From the IMG/VR virus record IMGVR_UViG_3300050194_000011, positions 44,113-108,112 of that record: a stretch of DNA of 64,000 nt; one strand, given 5' to 3'. Origin of the DNA: a virus. Below are positions 29,880-38,849 of the stretch, piece by piece. The notes below the pieces were generated by a model. The model saw only the letters and a list, made by a program, of their open reading frames with translations, did no database searches and had not been told where the DNA came from. The translations under genes were made by a program, and so were the position numbers. The first letter of the stretch is position 1; each line of letters opens with the position of its first letter.

Positions 29880-30711
29880 ATGGTGATTGAATAACAACAT
29901 CGCCATTTTCTTTTTTGACTTTAATTTTTCCACTTGGAAGAAAAGAATGAATTTCATGAAACTGGACATTTCCGTTAATATTCTCACCTATTTTCTGTCC
30001 TATTGTTAATTCTTTCTTTTGAATCAACTTGTTTCGCTTGATTGAATTTTCTTCTCTTTTAGCTTTCAGATCGGATAAGTCAGGGAGAACACCAGCTTGT
30101 CTAAATGTATCTACTGCATTGTCTAGATGTTTCTTTGTTTTTCCTGCTATTGTAATTTCATCAGATCCCATGCCTCCGTCTGCGTAATATAAAATCGCAT
30201 GTCCTGATTCTGGATTTTCATGTGTATGCCATCCAAAATGAATAGTTCTAGATACAACAGAGCTACCTGATACGTTACTATTTCTTTTCAATCCCATTTT
30301 TGCGATAGCTGCGTCTGTTGAATTTAAACCAGCCGCGGATTTTCTGATTGTTGCTTCTGTGTCGCCGTATCCGTTTCCTCCGACTCTATGCAGAGAATAA
30401 GTCTTTGTATGTGGATAATTAGTTTTTACATAGTGTTTTGCATCTTCTAAAGAATGCGATGTTGCATCTGCAAGAGAATTTGCCTCATGATCAGAAAGCC
30501 AATTAATTCCTCCTGGATTGAACACTGCTTCGTTCAGTTTATTTTTGTTGTTTCTGAAGAATTGGATTGTATCTTCTATTACATTTTCCAATAAATTTTC
30601 ATCTGTTATTCCAGAAACCTCATCAAGAAGATCGATCAAGAAAGACTCGCTCATAATTATGAGTTTTCTTTTATCTTTTATCTTTGTATATGCTTCGGCA
30701 ATTTTATCCAT
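29875..30711 (-). CDS. Hypothetical protein, putative head-internal protein with acidic prodomain
   Basis: 278 aa; acidic N-terminus with several L/I-x-E sites ending KNKLNE|AVFN. Confidence 0.45.
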   Translation of the reverse strand: MDKIAEAYTKIKDKRKLIIMSESFLIDLLDEVSGITDENLLENVIEDTIQFFRNNKNKLNEAVFNPGGINWLSDHEANSLADATSHSLEDAKHYVKTNYPHTKTYSLHRVGGNGYGDTEATIRKSAAGLNSTDAAIAKMGLKRNSNVSGSSVVSRTIHFGWHTHENPESGHAILYYADGGMGSDEITIAGKTKKHLDNAVDTFRQAGVLPDLSDLKAKREENSIKRNKLIQKKELTIGQKIGENINGNVQFHEIHSFLPSGKIKVKKENGDVVIQSPS

Positions 30712-30764
30712 GCGTCTTCTTTCTGATAGTGGTTAGATCCTTACGAGATCGCGTTCTAATGACT

Positions 30765-30772
30765 TATTTAAG
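30765..30772 (-). promoter_or_regulatory. Putative late promoter (CTTAAATA)
   Basis: TAAATA core in the intergenic region, about 54 nt upstream of ATG 30711. Confidence 0.45.
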
Positions 30773-30834
30773 GATGGATGATGTAGGACATACGAAATGA
30801 TTGGATTTGATTGTAGATCGTTAGGATTAAGATC

Positions 30835-30862
30835 TTGACTTTGATTCGAAATCGTATATAAT
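30835..30862 (+). promoter_or_regulatory. Sigma70-type promoter for the plus-strand endonuclease
   Basis: TTGACT (30835-40), 16-nt spacer, TATAAT (30857-62), 14 nt before ATG 30877. Confidence 0.7.
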
Positions 30863-30876
30863 CAAAGAACAACTAT

Positions 30877-32526
30877 ATGATTGATATGACAATACAAGAA
30901 AAAATTAAAGACTTTGATAAGAATGATTGGCGTCAGGTCTCAATGCAATACAAGAAAGAACCAAAGCATGGATACACGCCAAAATATCTAGAAGTCATCA
31001 ATTACATCAAAGAAGCATACATAGACATTCCTTTTGCGGAAGCTGTTTTCATGTTGAAAACTGGACAAGAAAGGCAATCGTGTGTTGCATGCGGATTGTT
31101 TAACGTATTCAGGCAAGATCCTCAGCCGATGTACAATGTCTATTGTTCTCACAAATGTAGATCTGCAGATAAGAATACAACAGCAGAACCGATCATCATT
31201 GATGGTGTTGAATACGATAATTTTGTCAAAGCATCAGAAGCAATAAATGTATCAAGATTCTTGATCAGACATAGACTCTTTGATCCAACTTTTCCGAATT
31301 ATAAATGGAAAGCAGAAGATCATGATAAGAAATGTTTGGAAAAATTAAAAGAGTCACATCCAAAGATGATTGACGAAAAATATTTACAACAATGGAAAGA
31401 AAGCGGAAAAACAAGAAAATGGCTTGCTGATGATATGAATCTGACAGCAGAAACTATAGATTATGCATTGACATTCTTTGAGATAGAAAGACAGTTTTCG
31501 CAGATCTCAAAAGAAGCAGAAGAACTAAAGAACGATCCAGAATTACTTCGATCTTTGTATTCTGAGTTTACATCCGATGAACTTGCTGTGAAGTATAACA
31601 TATCACCATCGGCTATCTTACAATGGATGAAAATTCATGGCATAGAAGCTGATAAGAGTACAAGCCAATCTGCGATCGAAAGACACTTGATAGAATTCAT
31701 TAAATCTATGGATGATTCGATAGAAATTTTAGATCGAGACAGAACAGCGATTGGGAAAGAATTGGATATATACATCCCAAGTGCAAATCTTGCAATCGAG
31801 TGTGATGGTTTATTCTATCATTCGGAAGAACCAACTACTGCTGATAAAAATAAACATTCGATCAAGCAAAGATTATGCGAAGAAAAAGGAATTACGCTTC
31901 TAAGATTTGTTGATGTTGGAGAAACAGGAGATTCGAATAAACTGAAGATCATCAAATCAATTTTGATGGCAAAATTAGGTATGACCATCAAGATTCATGG
32001 AAGAAAATGTAATCTAGTAGATGTAGATTCTTCTGCAGGATCGAACTTCTTCAGAGAAAATCACATATCAGGAAATCGTGGCGCCTCAATGTACATCGGT
32101 CTGGAATACGAGAACGAACTAGTCATGTGTATGTCATTTGGACGACCAATATCAAGTAGATCACATGAATGGGAAATTGTTCGGATGGCGGCTAAAAGAA
32201 TGACTACAGTTTTCGGAGGATCAAGTAAAATATTCAAAGAATTTCTAAGAAGAACATCTGGAGATGTGATGACGTATGCTAATCTCAGATTTGGGAATGG
32301 TTCTGTCTATGAAAAATTAGGATTTACAAAAATAGGAAGAACCGATCCTGGATATATGTACACTGATATGAAAACAACATATTCCAGACACAAATTTCAG
32401 AAACAATCGATTCAATCTGTTTGTAAAATTTATGATCCAAATAAAACAGAACAACAGAATGCTGAAATTAATGGATATAGAGTTTATTGGGATTGCGGGC
32501 ATGCAATCTACGAATTGAAAAGATAA
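30877..32526 (+). CDS. Free-standing Hef-like homing endonuclease (Vsr/DUF559-like nuclease, Zn ribbon, HTH)
   Basis: 549 aa; CVAC...YCSHKC; ELDIYIPSANLAIECDGLFYHS...KNKHSIKQRLCEEKGITLL; C-terminal YANLRFGNGSVYEKLGF...YRVYWDCG; only large plus-strand gene. Confidence 0.75.
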   Translation: MIDMTIQEKIKDFDKNDWRQVSMQYKKEPKHGYTPKYLEVINYIKEAYIDIPFAEAVFMLKTGQERQSCVACGLFNVFRQDPQPMYNVYCSHKCRSADKNTTAEPIIIDGVEYDNFVKASEAINVSRFLIRHRLFDPTFPNYKWKAEDHDKKCLEKLKESHPKMIDEKYLQQWKESGKTRKWLADDMNLTAETIDYALTFFEIERQFSQISKEAEELKNDPELLRSLYSEFTSDELAVKYNISPSAILQWMKIHGIEADKSTSQSAIERHLIEFIKSMDDSIEILDRDRTAIGKELDIYIPSANLAIECDGLFYHSEEPTTADKNKHSIKQRLCEEKGITLLRFVDVGETGDSNKLKIIKSILMAKLGMTIKIHGRKCNLVDVDSSAGSNFFRENHISGNRGASMYIGLEYENELVMCMSFGRPISSRSHEWEIVRMAAKRMTTVFGGSSKIFKEFLRRTSGDVMTYANLRFGNGSVYEKLGFTKIGRTDPGYMYTDMKTTYSRHKFQKQSIQSVCKIYDPNKTEQQNAEINGYRVYWDCGHAIYELKR

Positions 32527-32532
32527 GATGTG

Positions 32533-32552
32533 AAAAAGGCCCCGAAGGGCCT
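32533..32552 (-). terminator. UUCG terminator after gp23 (possibly bidirectional)
   Basis: Minus strand AGGCCC-TTCG-GGGCCT-TTTT; lies between convergent gp23 and the endonuclease. Confidence 0.85.
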
Positions 32553-32581
32553 CTTGATATATTTCTATATCTGCTGTAAAA

Positions 32582-33886
32582 TTACAGCAAGTTCGTGATT
32601 TTTAGACGCCTAAAAAATCTGTTAGAATTCGCTGTCAAACCACCATTCACGTCCGTAGGATTAGCAAATGGGTGAGCAACGATGCCATATCTAGTTTTAA
32701 ATGCGATCTTCGGTTGGAAGCTCAATGGATCAATAGCGCGATGCAATTGAAGAGCTTGGTAAGGACAGTAATACAGACCAGCCGTATATGGATCAGCGCC
32801 TTTACCGATAACTGCAAGCCAGTTTTCGTTGTTCGAACCAAGGTATGGATCGATGAACACGCGATAACGACCATTAAGGATACCAGCAAAAGTAATCGAT
32901 GTTTCGTCGATAATTTCTGGACCTTGAACAGCAGGAGCAAAGTCAAGCACACCAGCAAGAGCCAAGGCAGATGCCACGTCGCTTGAGCAAACGATAACAT
33001 TACCACGGACCAAACGGGTTTCCTTGGAGATTTGGTTAGCATCGCGTTCGATACCAAACATAAGTCCCTTGAACTTTTCAACAGACCAACGACCACCAGC
33101 ATCTGTATCCAAGTCGAAAACGCCAGGGATAGTAGCATATTGAGCACCAGGAACAGCCGATACCAAAATGGTACGGATGATTTCACGGTTTTGTTCGGCG
33201 ATAATTTCCGTAGAAAGAATGTCGATCAATTCTTGCTCAGCGTCAAGTCCATGAATAGCGCGAAGGTCTTGTACCAATTCTTGCGAGTATTCAGCTTTCA
33301 AAGCACGAGTAACAGCGGTAACTGTTTTGCTTTCAAAGGTCATTGCCATTTCAGGAATAGCAGGCTGACCAGAAGTACCCAGAGCTTCACCTTGTGCAGT
33401 AGTGATACCAACACCATAAGTGAACGTAGCAGCAGGAGTGCTATTCAATGAACCTGGATTAACACCAGCTTGAACAGAACCACCTTGAGTAGCAGAACCA
33501 GAGAATGCCGAATCAGCTTCTTGGAAGAGAGCTTCAGTACCAGCTTGGTTCGTGTACTTAGCACGTCTAGCAAAGATCTTACCAGTAGGCATGACCATTG
33601 GTTGAACGCCGCAGAATTCGAAGCCAATATTCTGAGGAGCAGTTCTGCGTACCAGAGAAATAAGGACTGGATCATACTTGGCAATACCACCTGTATCAGC
33701 ATATCCGCCGACAGCGTTGGTTGGAGCCGACTCAAAAAGAGCTTGCTTACCTTCGTTGTTAGCTTTTTCTTGGTTTTCCAAGAGAATAGCTGTTACTTTA
33801 CGACGATATGCGTCTTTGATAGGAGCGCTACCTTCGATATCGAGGATTTCACCCCACTTAGTGACTAAACTTACATCGTGTTCCAT
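32582..33886 (-). CDS. gp23: Major capsid protein
   Basis: 434 aa; VTAILLENQEK, YDPVLISLVRR, GVQPM.MPTG.IFA, VTAVTRALKAEYSQELVQDLRAIHGLDAEQEL, FQPKIAFKTRYGIVAHPF. Confidence 0.97.
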   Translation of the reverse strand: MEHDVSLVTKWGEILDIEGSAPIKDAYRRKVTAILLENQEKANNEGKQALFESAPTNAVGGYADTGGIAKYDPVLISLVRRTAPQNIGFEFCGVQPMVMPTGKIFARRAKYTNQAGTEALFQEADSAFSGSATQGGSVQAGVNPGSLNSTPAATFTYGVGITTAQGEALGTSGQPAIPEMAMTFESKTVTAVTRALKAEYSQELVQDLRAIHGLDAEQELIDILSTEIIAEQNREIIRTILVSAVPGAQYATIPGVFDLDTDAGGRWSVEKFKGLMFGIERDANQISKETRLVRGNVIVCSSDVASALALAGVLDFAPAVQGPEIIDETSITFAGILNGRYRVFIDPYLGSNNENWLAVIGKGADPYTAGLYYCPYQALQLHRAIDPLSFQPKIAFKTRYGIVAHPFANPTDVNGGLTANSNRFFRRLKITNLL

Positions 33887-33916
33887 TTTATAACCTTTCG
33901 TGTGATATGGATATGT

Positions 33917-33924
33917 TATTTATA
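33917..33924 (-). promoter_or_regulatory. T4 late promoter for gp23 (exact TATAAATA)
   Basis: Exact T4 gp55 consensus, 31 nt upstream of the gp23 ATG. Confidence 0.85.
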
Positions 33925-33948
33925 CTTAACAATATCCAATTCAATTTA

Positions 33949-35214
33949 TTATTTTTTTACCGAAGTTTTTCTGATAAAATCAGCATATTGTTTGACATTA
34001 GTATCTACAGATACTATCTTAGCATCCAGTTGAGTCTCTTCTGTCAAATTCTTTGATGAAATATCTAACTTCTTACCTGATAGATTGCTTACTTCTTTCT
34101 TATTCTGTCCAAAGAAAGATTCTTTGATGATCTCAGCTCTCTTCGTAAAGAGGTCCGATGTTTCATACTCAAAGTCTTCCATAATGGAGCGGAATTTTCC
34201 AGAGTCAATATCTGTCATTCCTTTGGTCGAGTTTTCCAAGATAATCTCACGGTTGGCTTTATTCAAATCCGAGCGTTGTTCCTCTAGCAGTTGTTGCGCA
34301 GTGGACAATTCGTCCTTGCTTGCTTTTAATTGCTCTTCTAGGGAATTAACGATATCAAACTTCTCGACTGGGATGTCGATATAGTGTGACTCGAATAATT
34401 GCTTCATTCCATTCATAAACGATTCAGTCAATTCTGACCTAATACTAGCTTCTAGAGCTAACTCATTATCATGCATCCATTGCTCTGACAGTTTGCCAAA
34501 GTATCCATCAATCTTATCAGTTAATTCATTTTCGTAGACTTGAACAGCTTCGTCAAGTCTAGTTTTGTATTCTTCTTCTAGTTGAGTTGTCTTTTCTTCA
34601 ACTAGCATACTTACCTTTTCAGAAACCTTCGCTTCGAACAGAGTAGATACCTTCAATTGGAATTCTTCTGAAAGTTCTTCTTCCTTGACAAAGTCTTGGA
34701 TTTCTGTTGATTCTTCCATCTTACCTGTTGCCATATCAACCATCTTCTTCAGATGCGAAGGATGTTGCATCAGGTTATCTGCGCCTTCGCGATTTCCTGT
34801 ATAGATGTTGATCGATTTTGTCTTTCCATCAGAATGACGAGCAACGATAGAAGCACCAGTATGTCCAGGCTTAGTTAGGTGATGGATAGTCCAGTCACCA
34901 TGACCGATAGTGTCTTTAGCTTCTTCTGTTCCGTCAATCGTGAATGTTGATTCTTCGATTGCTGATTCTTGTACTCTGTCTTGATCTTGTTCATCTGGAT
35001 CGCCATCTGGATCTTCCTTAGCGGACTCAGAACTCTTCAAATCAGGATCGATTGGATTCTCGATAGATACAGCTGGCTCTTGATCAACACGATCAGCTGT
35101 TTGATCTCCTGCATCAGGATCTTTTGCTTTATCGGCGTTAGCATCAGTAGGATCTTCCTTATCAGAATCTTTCTTAGCTTCCATGAGTTTCAGCAACTTT
35201 TCTTCAATTGACAT
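33949..35214 (-). CDS. gp22: Prohead core scaffold protein with a His-rich insert
   Basis: 421 aa; EELSEEFQLKVSTLFEAKV, KIDGYF....EQWM.DNELALE...RSELTESFM.GMKQLFE.HYIDIP; position between gp21 and gp23. Confidence 0.9.
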   Translation of the reverse strand: MSIEEKLLKLMEAKKDSDKEDPTDANADKAKDPDAGDQTADRVDQEPAVSIENPIDPDLKSSESAKEDPDGDPDEQDQDRVQESAIEESTFTIDGTEEAKDTIGHGDWTIHHLTKPGHTGASIVARHSDGKTKSINIYTGNREGADNLMQHPSHLKKMVDMATGKMEESTEIQDFVKEEELSEEFQLKVSTLFEAKVSEKVSMLVEEKTTQLEEEYKTRLDEAVQVYENELTDKIDGYFGKLSEQWMHDNELALEASIRSELTESFMNGMKQLFESHYIDIPVEKFDIVNSLEEQLKASKDELSTAQQLLEEQRSDLNKANREIILENSTKGMTDIDSGKFRSIMEDFEYETSDLFTKRAEIIKESFFGQNKKEVSNLSGKKLDISSKNLTEETQLDAKIVSVDTNVKQYADFIRKTSVKK

Positions 35215-35238
35215 ATGTTTCTCCGTATTTCGATTTAT

Positions 35239-35246
35239 TATTTAAC
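35239..35246 (-). promoter_or_regulatory. Putative late promoter (GTTAAATA)
   Basis: TAAATA core 25 nt upstream of the gp22 ATG. Confidence 0.55.
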
Positions 35247-35251
35247 GATAG

Positions 35252-35923
35252 TTATCGAGTAGAAATTTTATTCAAAAAGTTCTGAAACTCTTTTAATTTC
35301 TGTTCTTCTAATTTATTCATTGATACTCTACGAATTCGTTCTTTACTTTCATAAAGATCTTTCTCGACAAGCAGATCGCCATACTTCAGGTAATGCGTTT
35401 CTTCCATGAGACAATCTACAAATGCATCTGCTACAGATGGATCAAATACAACGTCAGCAGCAGTTCTAATTTCATAGTCTTCTTTGACATGAACTTTTCC
35501 ATCTTTCTTGAAGGTAGATCCCATGCCTCTTGATGAAACGCCAATCTTGACTCCATCATTCAATAGATTAGCTAATAGCTGACCTAAAGGAGTAGATAGA
35601 ACCTTAGCTTTACCGATGAAATATTTTCCATCCTTTTCAAGAGATTCTGTCATGATACATGCACGCTCAGGATCAACAGAAATTCTTCCAGTTGGATGAT
35701 TCAATTCGCCAAGAGCTCTCTTTGGTTTGATGTATTCTTCTATGTATCTTTCAACAGCAGGAGCCATTACTTTTTCTGGATAGACTCGACCATTTTTGTT
35801 CTGCTTATCAAACATCAGAAATGGCCCTTGAATCTTCAAAGACCTTTTACCATTGACTTCTTCGACAAGAGTCTCTGTAGCAGATGCTAAATTTTGCTCT
35901 ATGAGTAGAATCTTATTAGTCAT
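35252..35923 (-). CDS. gp21: Prohead protease
   Basis: 223 aa; NKNGRVYP, RALGELNHP, GVSSRGMG, DVVFDPSVADAFV. Confidence 0.95.
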   Translation of the reverse strand: MTNKILLIEQNLASATETLVEEVNGKRSLKIQGPFLMFDKQNKNGRVYPEKVMAPAVERYIEEYIKPKRALGELNHPTGRISVDPERACIMTESLEKDGKYFIGKAKVLSTPLGQLLANLLNDGVKIGVSSRGMGSTFKKDGKVHVKEDYEIRTAADVVFDPSVADAFVDCLMEETHYLKYGDLLVEKDLYESKERIRRVSMNKLEEQKLKEFQNFLNKISTR

Positions 35924-35926
35924 ATC

Positions 35927-36289
35927 TTATACTGGATTGTATTCTGAACCCTTCAAGATTCGCATAATGAGAGTACCAGCTCCCATCACAACCACGATAT
36001 CCGAAGTGTTATTTTGTTTGTCGTTTCCAAATGCACCAGAATGATTTCCTGTTCCGGTCAAGTAGTATTGAAGATTTGAATTACGTGAAATCTTGATGTT
36101 CGCTCCTGCTTCAGCGTTGAACGATAGATCTGATATGTTTGCCGTCGCTGTTCCGATAATTGCTTGATCGGATCTAGCAAGAGAAGCAAGTGTCACCGTA
36201 AATGTTGCAGGTGATGCAGTCGTATCATTTACAAATTTGTAAACAACTTCTGTAATTCCATTCTTTATCAAATATGAGCTATTAGCCAT
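35927..36289 (-). CDS. Hypothetical conserved head-cluster protein
   Basis: 120 aa, beta-rich, between gp67 and gp21 in the head cluster. Confidence 0.5.
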   Translation of the reverse strand: MANSSYLIKNGITEVVYKFVNDTTASPATFTVTLASLARSDQAIIGTATANISDLSFNAEAGANIKISRNSNLQYYLTGTGNHSGAFGNDKQNNTSDIVVVMGAGTLIMRILKGSEYNPV

Positions 36290-36599
36290 TGATTATTTCC
36301 CGTAAGACGTTTTGAACATTTTCCATAGACTCTGACATATAACCAATCAATGCATTTTTATCTAAATCTAATGAAGTAATAGTATTTAACGTTTCTTCTT
36401 TAAGAAGAATTCTTGTTCCGTCATTCAAAGAAAAGAAGATGTTTCCGTTGATCATATCTTTTCTCTTATAATCTATGACATAAGAATTCATTGTGAGTTT
36501 ATCGGATTCGATTTCTTCACAAATCATAGAATATTCCGTATGTTGTATCTTCTTACCATGATCAAAGATAACATTTGCCAGGCGTGCTGAATCAATCAT
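36282..36599 (-). CDS. Hypothetical prohead-associated protein (gp68 position)
   Basis: Probable start MIDS at 36599, just after the gp67-like stop; the longer track ORF overlaps gp67 out of frame. Confidence 0.5.
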   Translation of the reverse strand: MIDSARLANVIFDHGKKIQHTEYSMICEEIESDKLTMNSYVIDYKRKDMINGNIFFSLNDGTRILLKEETLNTITSLDLDKNALIGYMSESMENVQNVLREIING

Positions 36600-36600
36600 C

Positions 36601-36759
36601 TTATTCTTTCTCAGTCTTCTTTCCAAAGAGAGACTTTGCAATCTCTCTTTTCTTTTCATTTAATTTCTCAGCAAGTTTCTGATAGACCGCTTTATTGAAA
36701 GTGTCATCGACATCTTTTTCTGATTTGATTGCTTCTATTAAATTTTTAATCTTATCCAT
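36601..36759 (-). CDS. gp67: Prohead core protein, gp67-like (52 aa; not in the ORF track)
   Basis: Hand translation MDKIKNLIEAIKSEKDVDDTFNKAVYQKLAEKLNEKKREIAKSLFGKKTEKE; LIEAIKS and EK..IA match the T4 gp67 N-terminus; directly follows gp20. Confidence 0.7.
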   Translation of the reverse strand: MDKIKNLIEAIKSEKDVDDTFNKAVYQKLAEKLNEKKREIAKSLFGKKTEKE

Positions 36760-38272
36760 TGTTTACTCCATCAGGTCCATATAGCTTCGGATATTTCTTC
36801 ATCAAAGCCATTTGCTCTTCTCTTTCGATTTCAATCTTCTTCTTTTCTTCTTCAATTTCTTCTTCGCTCATTCTGAGCACTTTCTTTTGAACATAATCGT
36901 TTGAGAAGTGTGTTCCAATAAGAGGAGATATATCTTGATACATCTGAAGTCTCTGAGCAAGAATTTCATTGTCACGAAGTTCTGAGAAATTATTGTCTTC
37001 GATGAATTCGTATTGAAGTTTGGAATGAATGAACTTCCAATCTTCTGGTGATATGATTCCTTTGAGAATTAATTGAACACGTAATAGCTGAGAGAATGTT
37101 TCGCAGAACTTCATACGAAGTCTGGAGATGAACTTTGCAAACTTCACTTCGTCTCTAGTAATTTCCATTGAACGACCAATATTAAATGGTGTGTCATTTT
37201 GTAATCTAGATGGAGGTAGATTCAACGACTTGGCGAGTTTGTCTTTGAACATTGCCATTGCTTCTGCTTGTCCCTGAACTTGAGATCCTTGAAGCGTTGT
37301 AATTTCAGTCGCTCTACCATTACTTTGACGCGGCATCCAGTAATCTTCAAGCATAGACATATGATGTCTATCGTCTCTGAGTTCGCCCGTAGCACTGTTA
37401 TAAACAACCTTGTTCTTATAACGAGTCATCACATCTTTGAGATATTGTTCTGCCTTTGTTTTGGGCATACCAGATACATCAACGTAGAATACTCTTCTAT
37501 CAGGAGCGCGTGTCATCTGATATATCAACATCGCATCTTCCATCATACGAAGCATGTTCGCAGGTTTGATAGCTTTATGAAGATACGAAATAACTTGATT
37601 GTTTTCGTCTTGTAGACCAGAAGGTGTGTATGCTACAGTGTCAACAGAAAGTTTAACTCCATTGTTTTCTGTAATACCAGAATCGTTGAACACGAAATAT
37701 TCTTCGATATCTGTGATGACATCTAATCCTTGTCCAGTTTTATGTTTCTGGATCTCGCGAACCTTCTTCATCTTACGTGGATCGACTGAACGTACTTCTT
37801 GAATACCAGCCTGTAGATTTTCTTCATCTACAACGATATGATAGTATAATCTTCCATCAACATACCATTGACGGAAAATGTCATGTCCCTTTGATGTGAA
37901 TTGCATGATCGAAATAATATTTTCGAATTCATTGCATATGATTTCTCTGACGTTTTCTGGGATTTCATCATCATCAACATTCAAATTTAACTTGATGATA
38001 TCTTCATCAAGACCTTCTGCGACAATTGCTTCTGAAACGATTTCTTCAATTGCAGAATCAATTTCTGGAAGCATTTGAAGAGCACGGTATTTGTTGATGA
38101 GCTCAACTTCGTTCTTTGGTACAAATTCGAATCCAAAATTGTAGCCATAGAAGCCAGCACCTGATGATATGCGCTCAATCGCACCATCATCATTCTTCGG
38201 TGTTACGAAAGAAACACTTTCTTCTTGATCTTTACGAATTTTGAAGCCAAACGGATTATTCCACCAAGCCAT
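36752..38272 (-). CDS. gp20: Portal vertex protein
   Basis: 506 aa; PEIDSAIEEIVSEAI, FRQWYVDGRLYYH, SYLHKAIKPANMLRMMEDA, RAPDRRVFYVDV, MLEDYWMPR, EITRDEVKFAKFI. Confidence 0.97.
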   Translation of the reverse strand: MAWWNNPFGFKIRKDQEESVSFVTPKNDDGAIERISSGAGFYGYNFGFEFVPKNEVELINKYRALQMLPEIDSAIEEIVSEAIVAEGLDEDIIKLNLNVDDDEIPENVREIICNEFENIISIMQFTSKGHDIFRQWYVDGRLYYHIVVDEENLQAGIQEVRSVDPRKMKKVREIQKHKTGQGLDVITDIEEYFVFNDSGITENNGVKLSVDTVAYTPSGLQDENNQVISYLHKAIKPANMLRMMEDAMLIYQMTRAPDRRVFYVDVSGMPKTKAEQYLKDVMTRYKNKVVYNSATGELRDDRHHMSMLEDYWMPRQSNGRATEITTLQGSQVQGQAEAMAMFKDKLAKSLNLPPSRLQNDTPFNIGRSMEITRDEVKFAKFISRLRMKFCETFSQLLRVQLILKGIISPEDWKFIHSKLQYEFIEDNNFSELRDNEILAQRLQMYQDISPLIGTHFSNDYVQKKVLRMSEEEIEEEKKKIEIEREEQMALMKKYPKLYGPDGVNNG

Positions 38273-38442
38273 TAATTATGCTCCTTCATAAAAAGACCTT
38301 CGATTTCATAAGGATAATCTTTGTATTCATCTTCATTGAATACATCTGTATAGAAGAATCCCATCGATTCAAACATTTCCATGTAAGAATTAATCTTGTC
38401 TTTATCTCGTTTGTAAAGAGGAACTATATCAAATGATTTCAT
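38272..38442 (-). CDS. Small acidic hypothetical protein (56 aa; not in the ORF track)
   Basis: MKSFDIVPLYKRDKDKINSYMEMFESMGFFYTDVFNEDEYKDYPYEIEGLFMKEHN; ATGA overlap upstream, TAATG overlap with gp20, and it carries the gp20 RBS (AAGGAG). Confidence 0.6.
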   Translation of the reverse strand: MKSFDIVPLYKRDKDKINSYMEMFESMGFFYTDVFNEDEYKDYPYEIEGLFMKEHN

Positions 38443-38849
38443 TCTTTTCCAGCTATGTGTGCGGTTCTAACACGAACCATGATCCAAGAGTTGTAGTATT
38501 GGTCTGGTTTCAAAAGAGCATCCTCTTGAAACTGCCACTTGGCTTCGTAGTAAGAAACTAATGACTTACTCTTGTGAATACTTAACACCTCTCTTTTGAA
38601 GTTCTCCTTACCAAATTCTTTCACATCGGTCTGGAGAGCTTCGTTCGATCCGTAATAGCTTTTCCAAGAAGACTCGACTTTAGTCTTCTTTTTCTTCCCA
38701 TTCACAACAATCGTCTTTGAAGACCAAAAGCTCTTTTTGCCGATATACATCTTCCCATTAGCAAGATTTGTAATACGATAGACAAAACCTTCCGGTTTCC
38801 CAGAAGGTAATTCATTCATAATAGATCCATCTGATAAAATCCAGGTCAT
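38439..38849 (-). CDS. Minimal GIY-YIG nuclease-domain protein
   Basis: 136 aa; GFVYRITNLANGKMYIGKK, YYGS, SYYE, YYN; no appended DNA-binding domain. Confidence 0.75.
   Translation of the reverse strand: MTWILSDGSIMNELPSGKPEGFVYRITNLANGKMYIGKKSFWSSKTIVVNGKKKKTKVESSWKSYYGSNEALQTDVKEFGKENFKREVLSIHKSKSLVSYYEAKWQFQEDALLKPDQYYNSWIMVRVRTAHIAGKE

Noticed and set aside
36600-36659. Track start extensions (36659, 53106, 53434, 55793, 28408)
   Set aside because: They overlap upstream genes out of frame or lack an RBS; downstream ATGs (36599, 53043, 53383, 55778, 28378) fit better.
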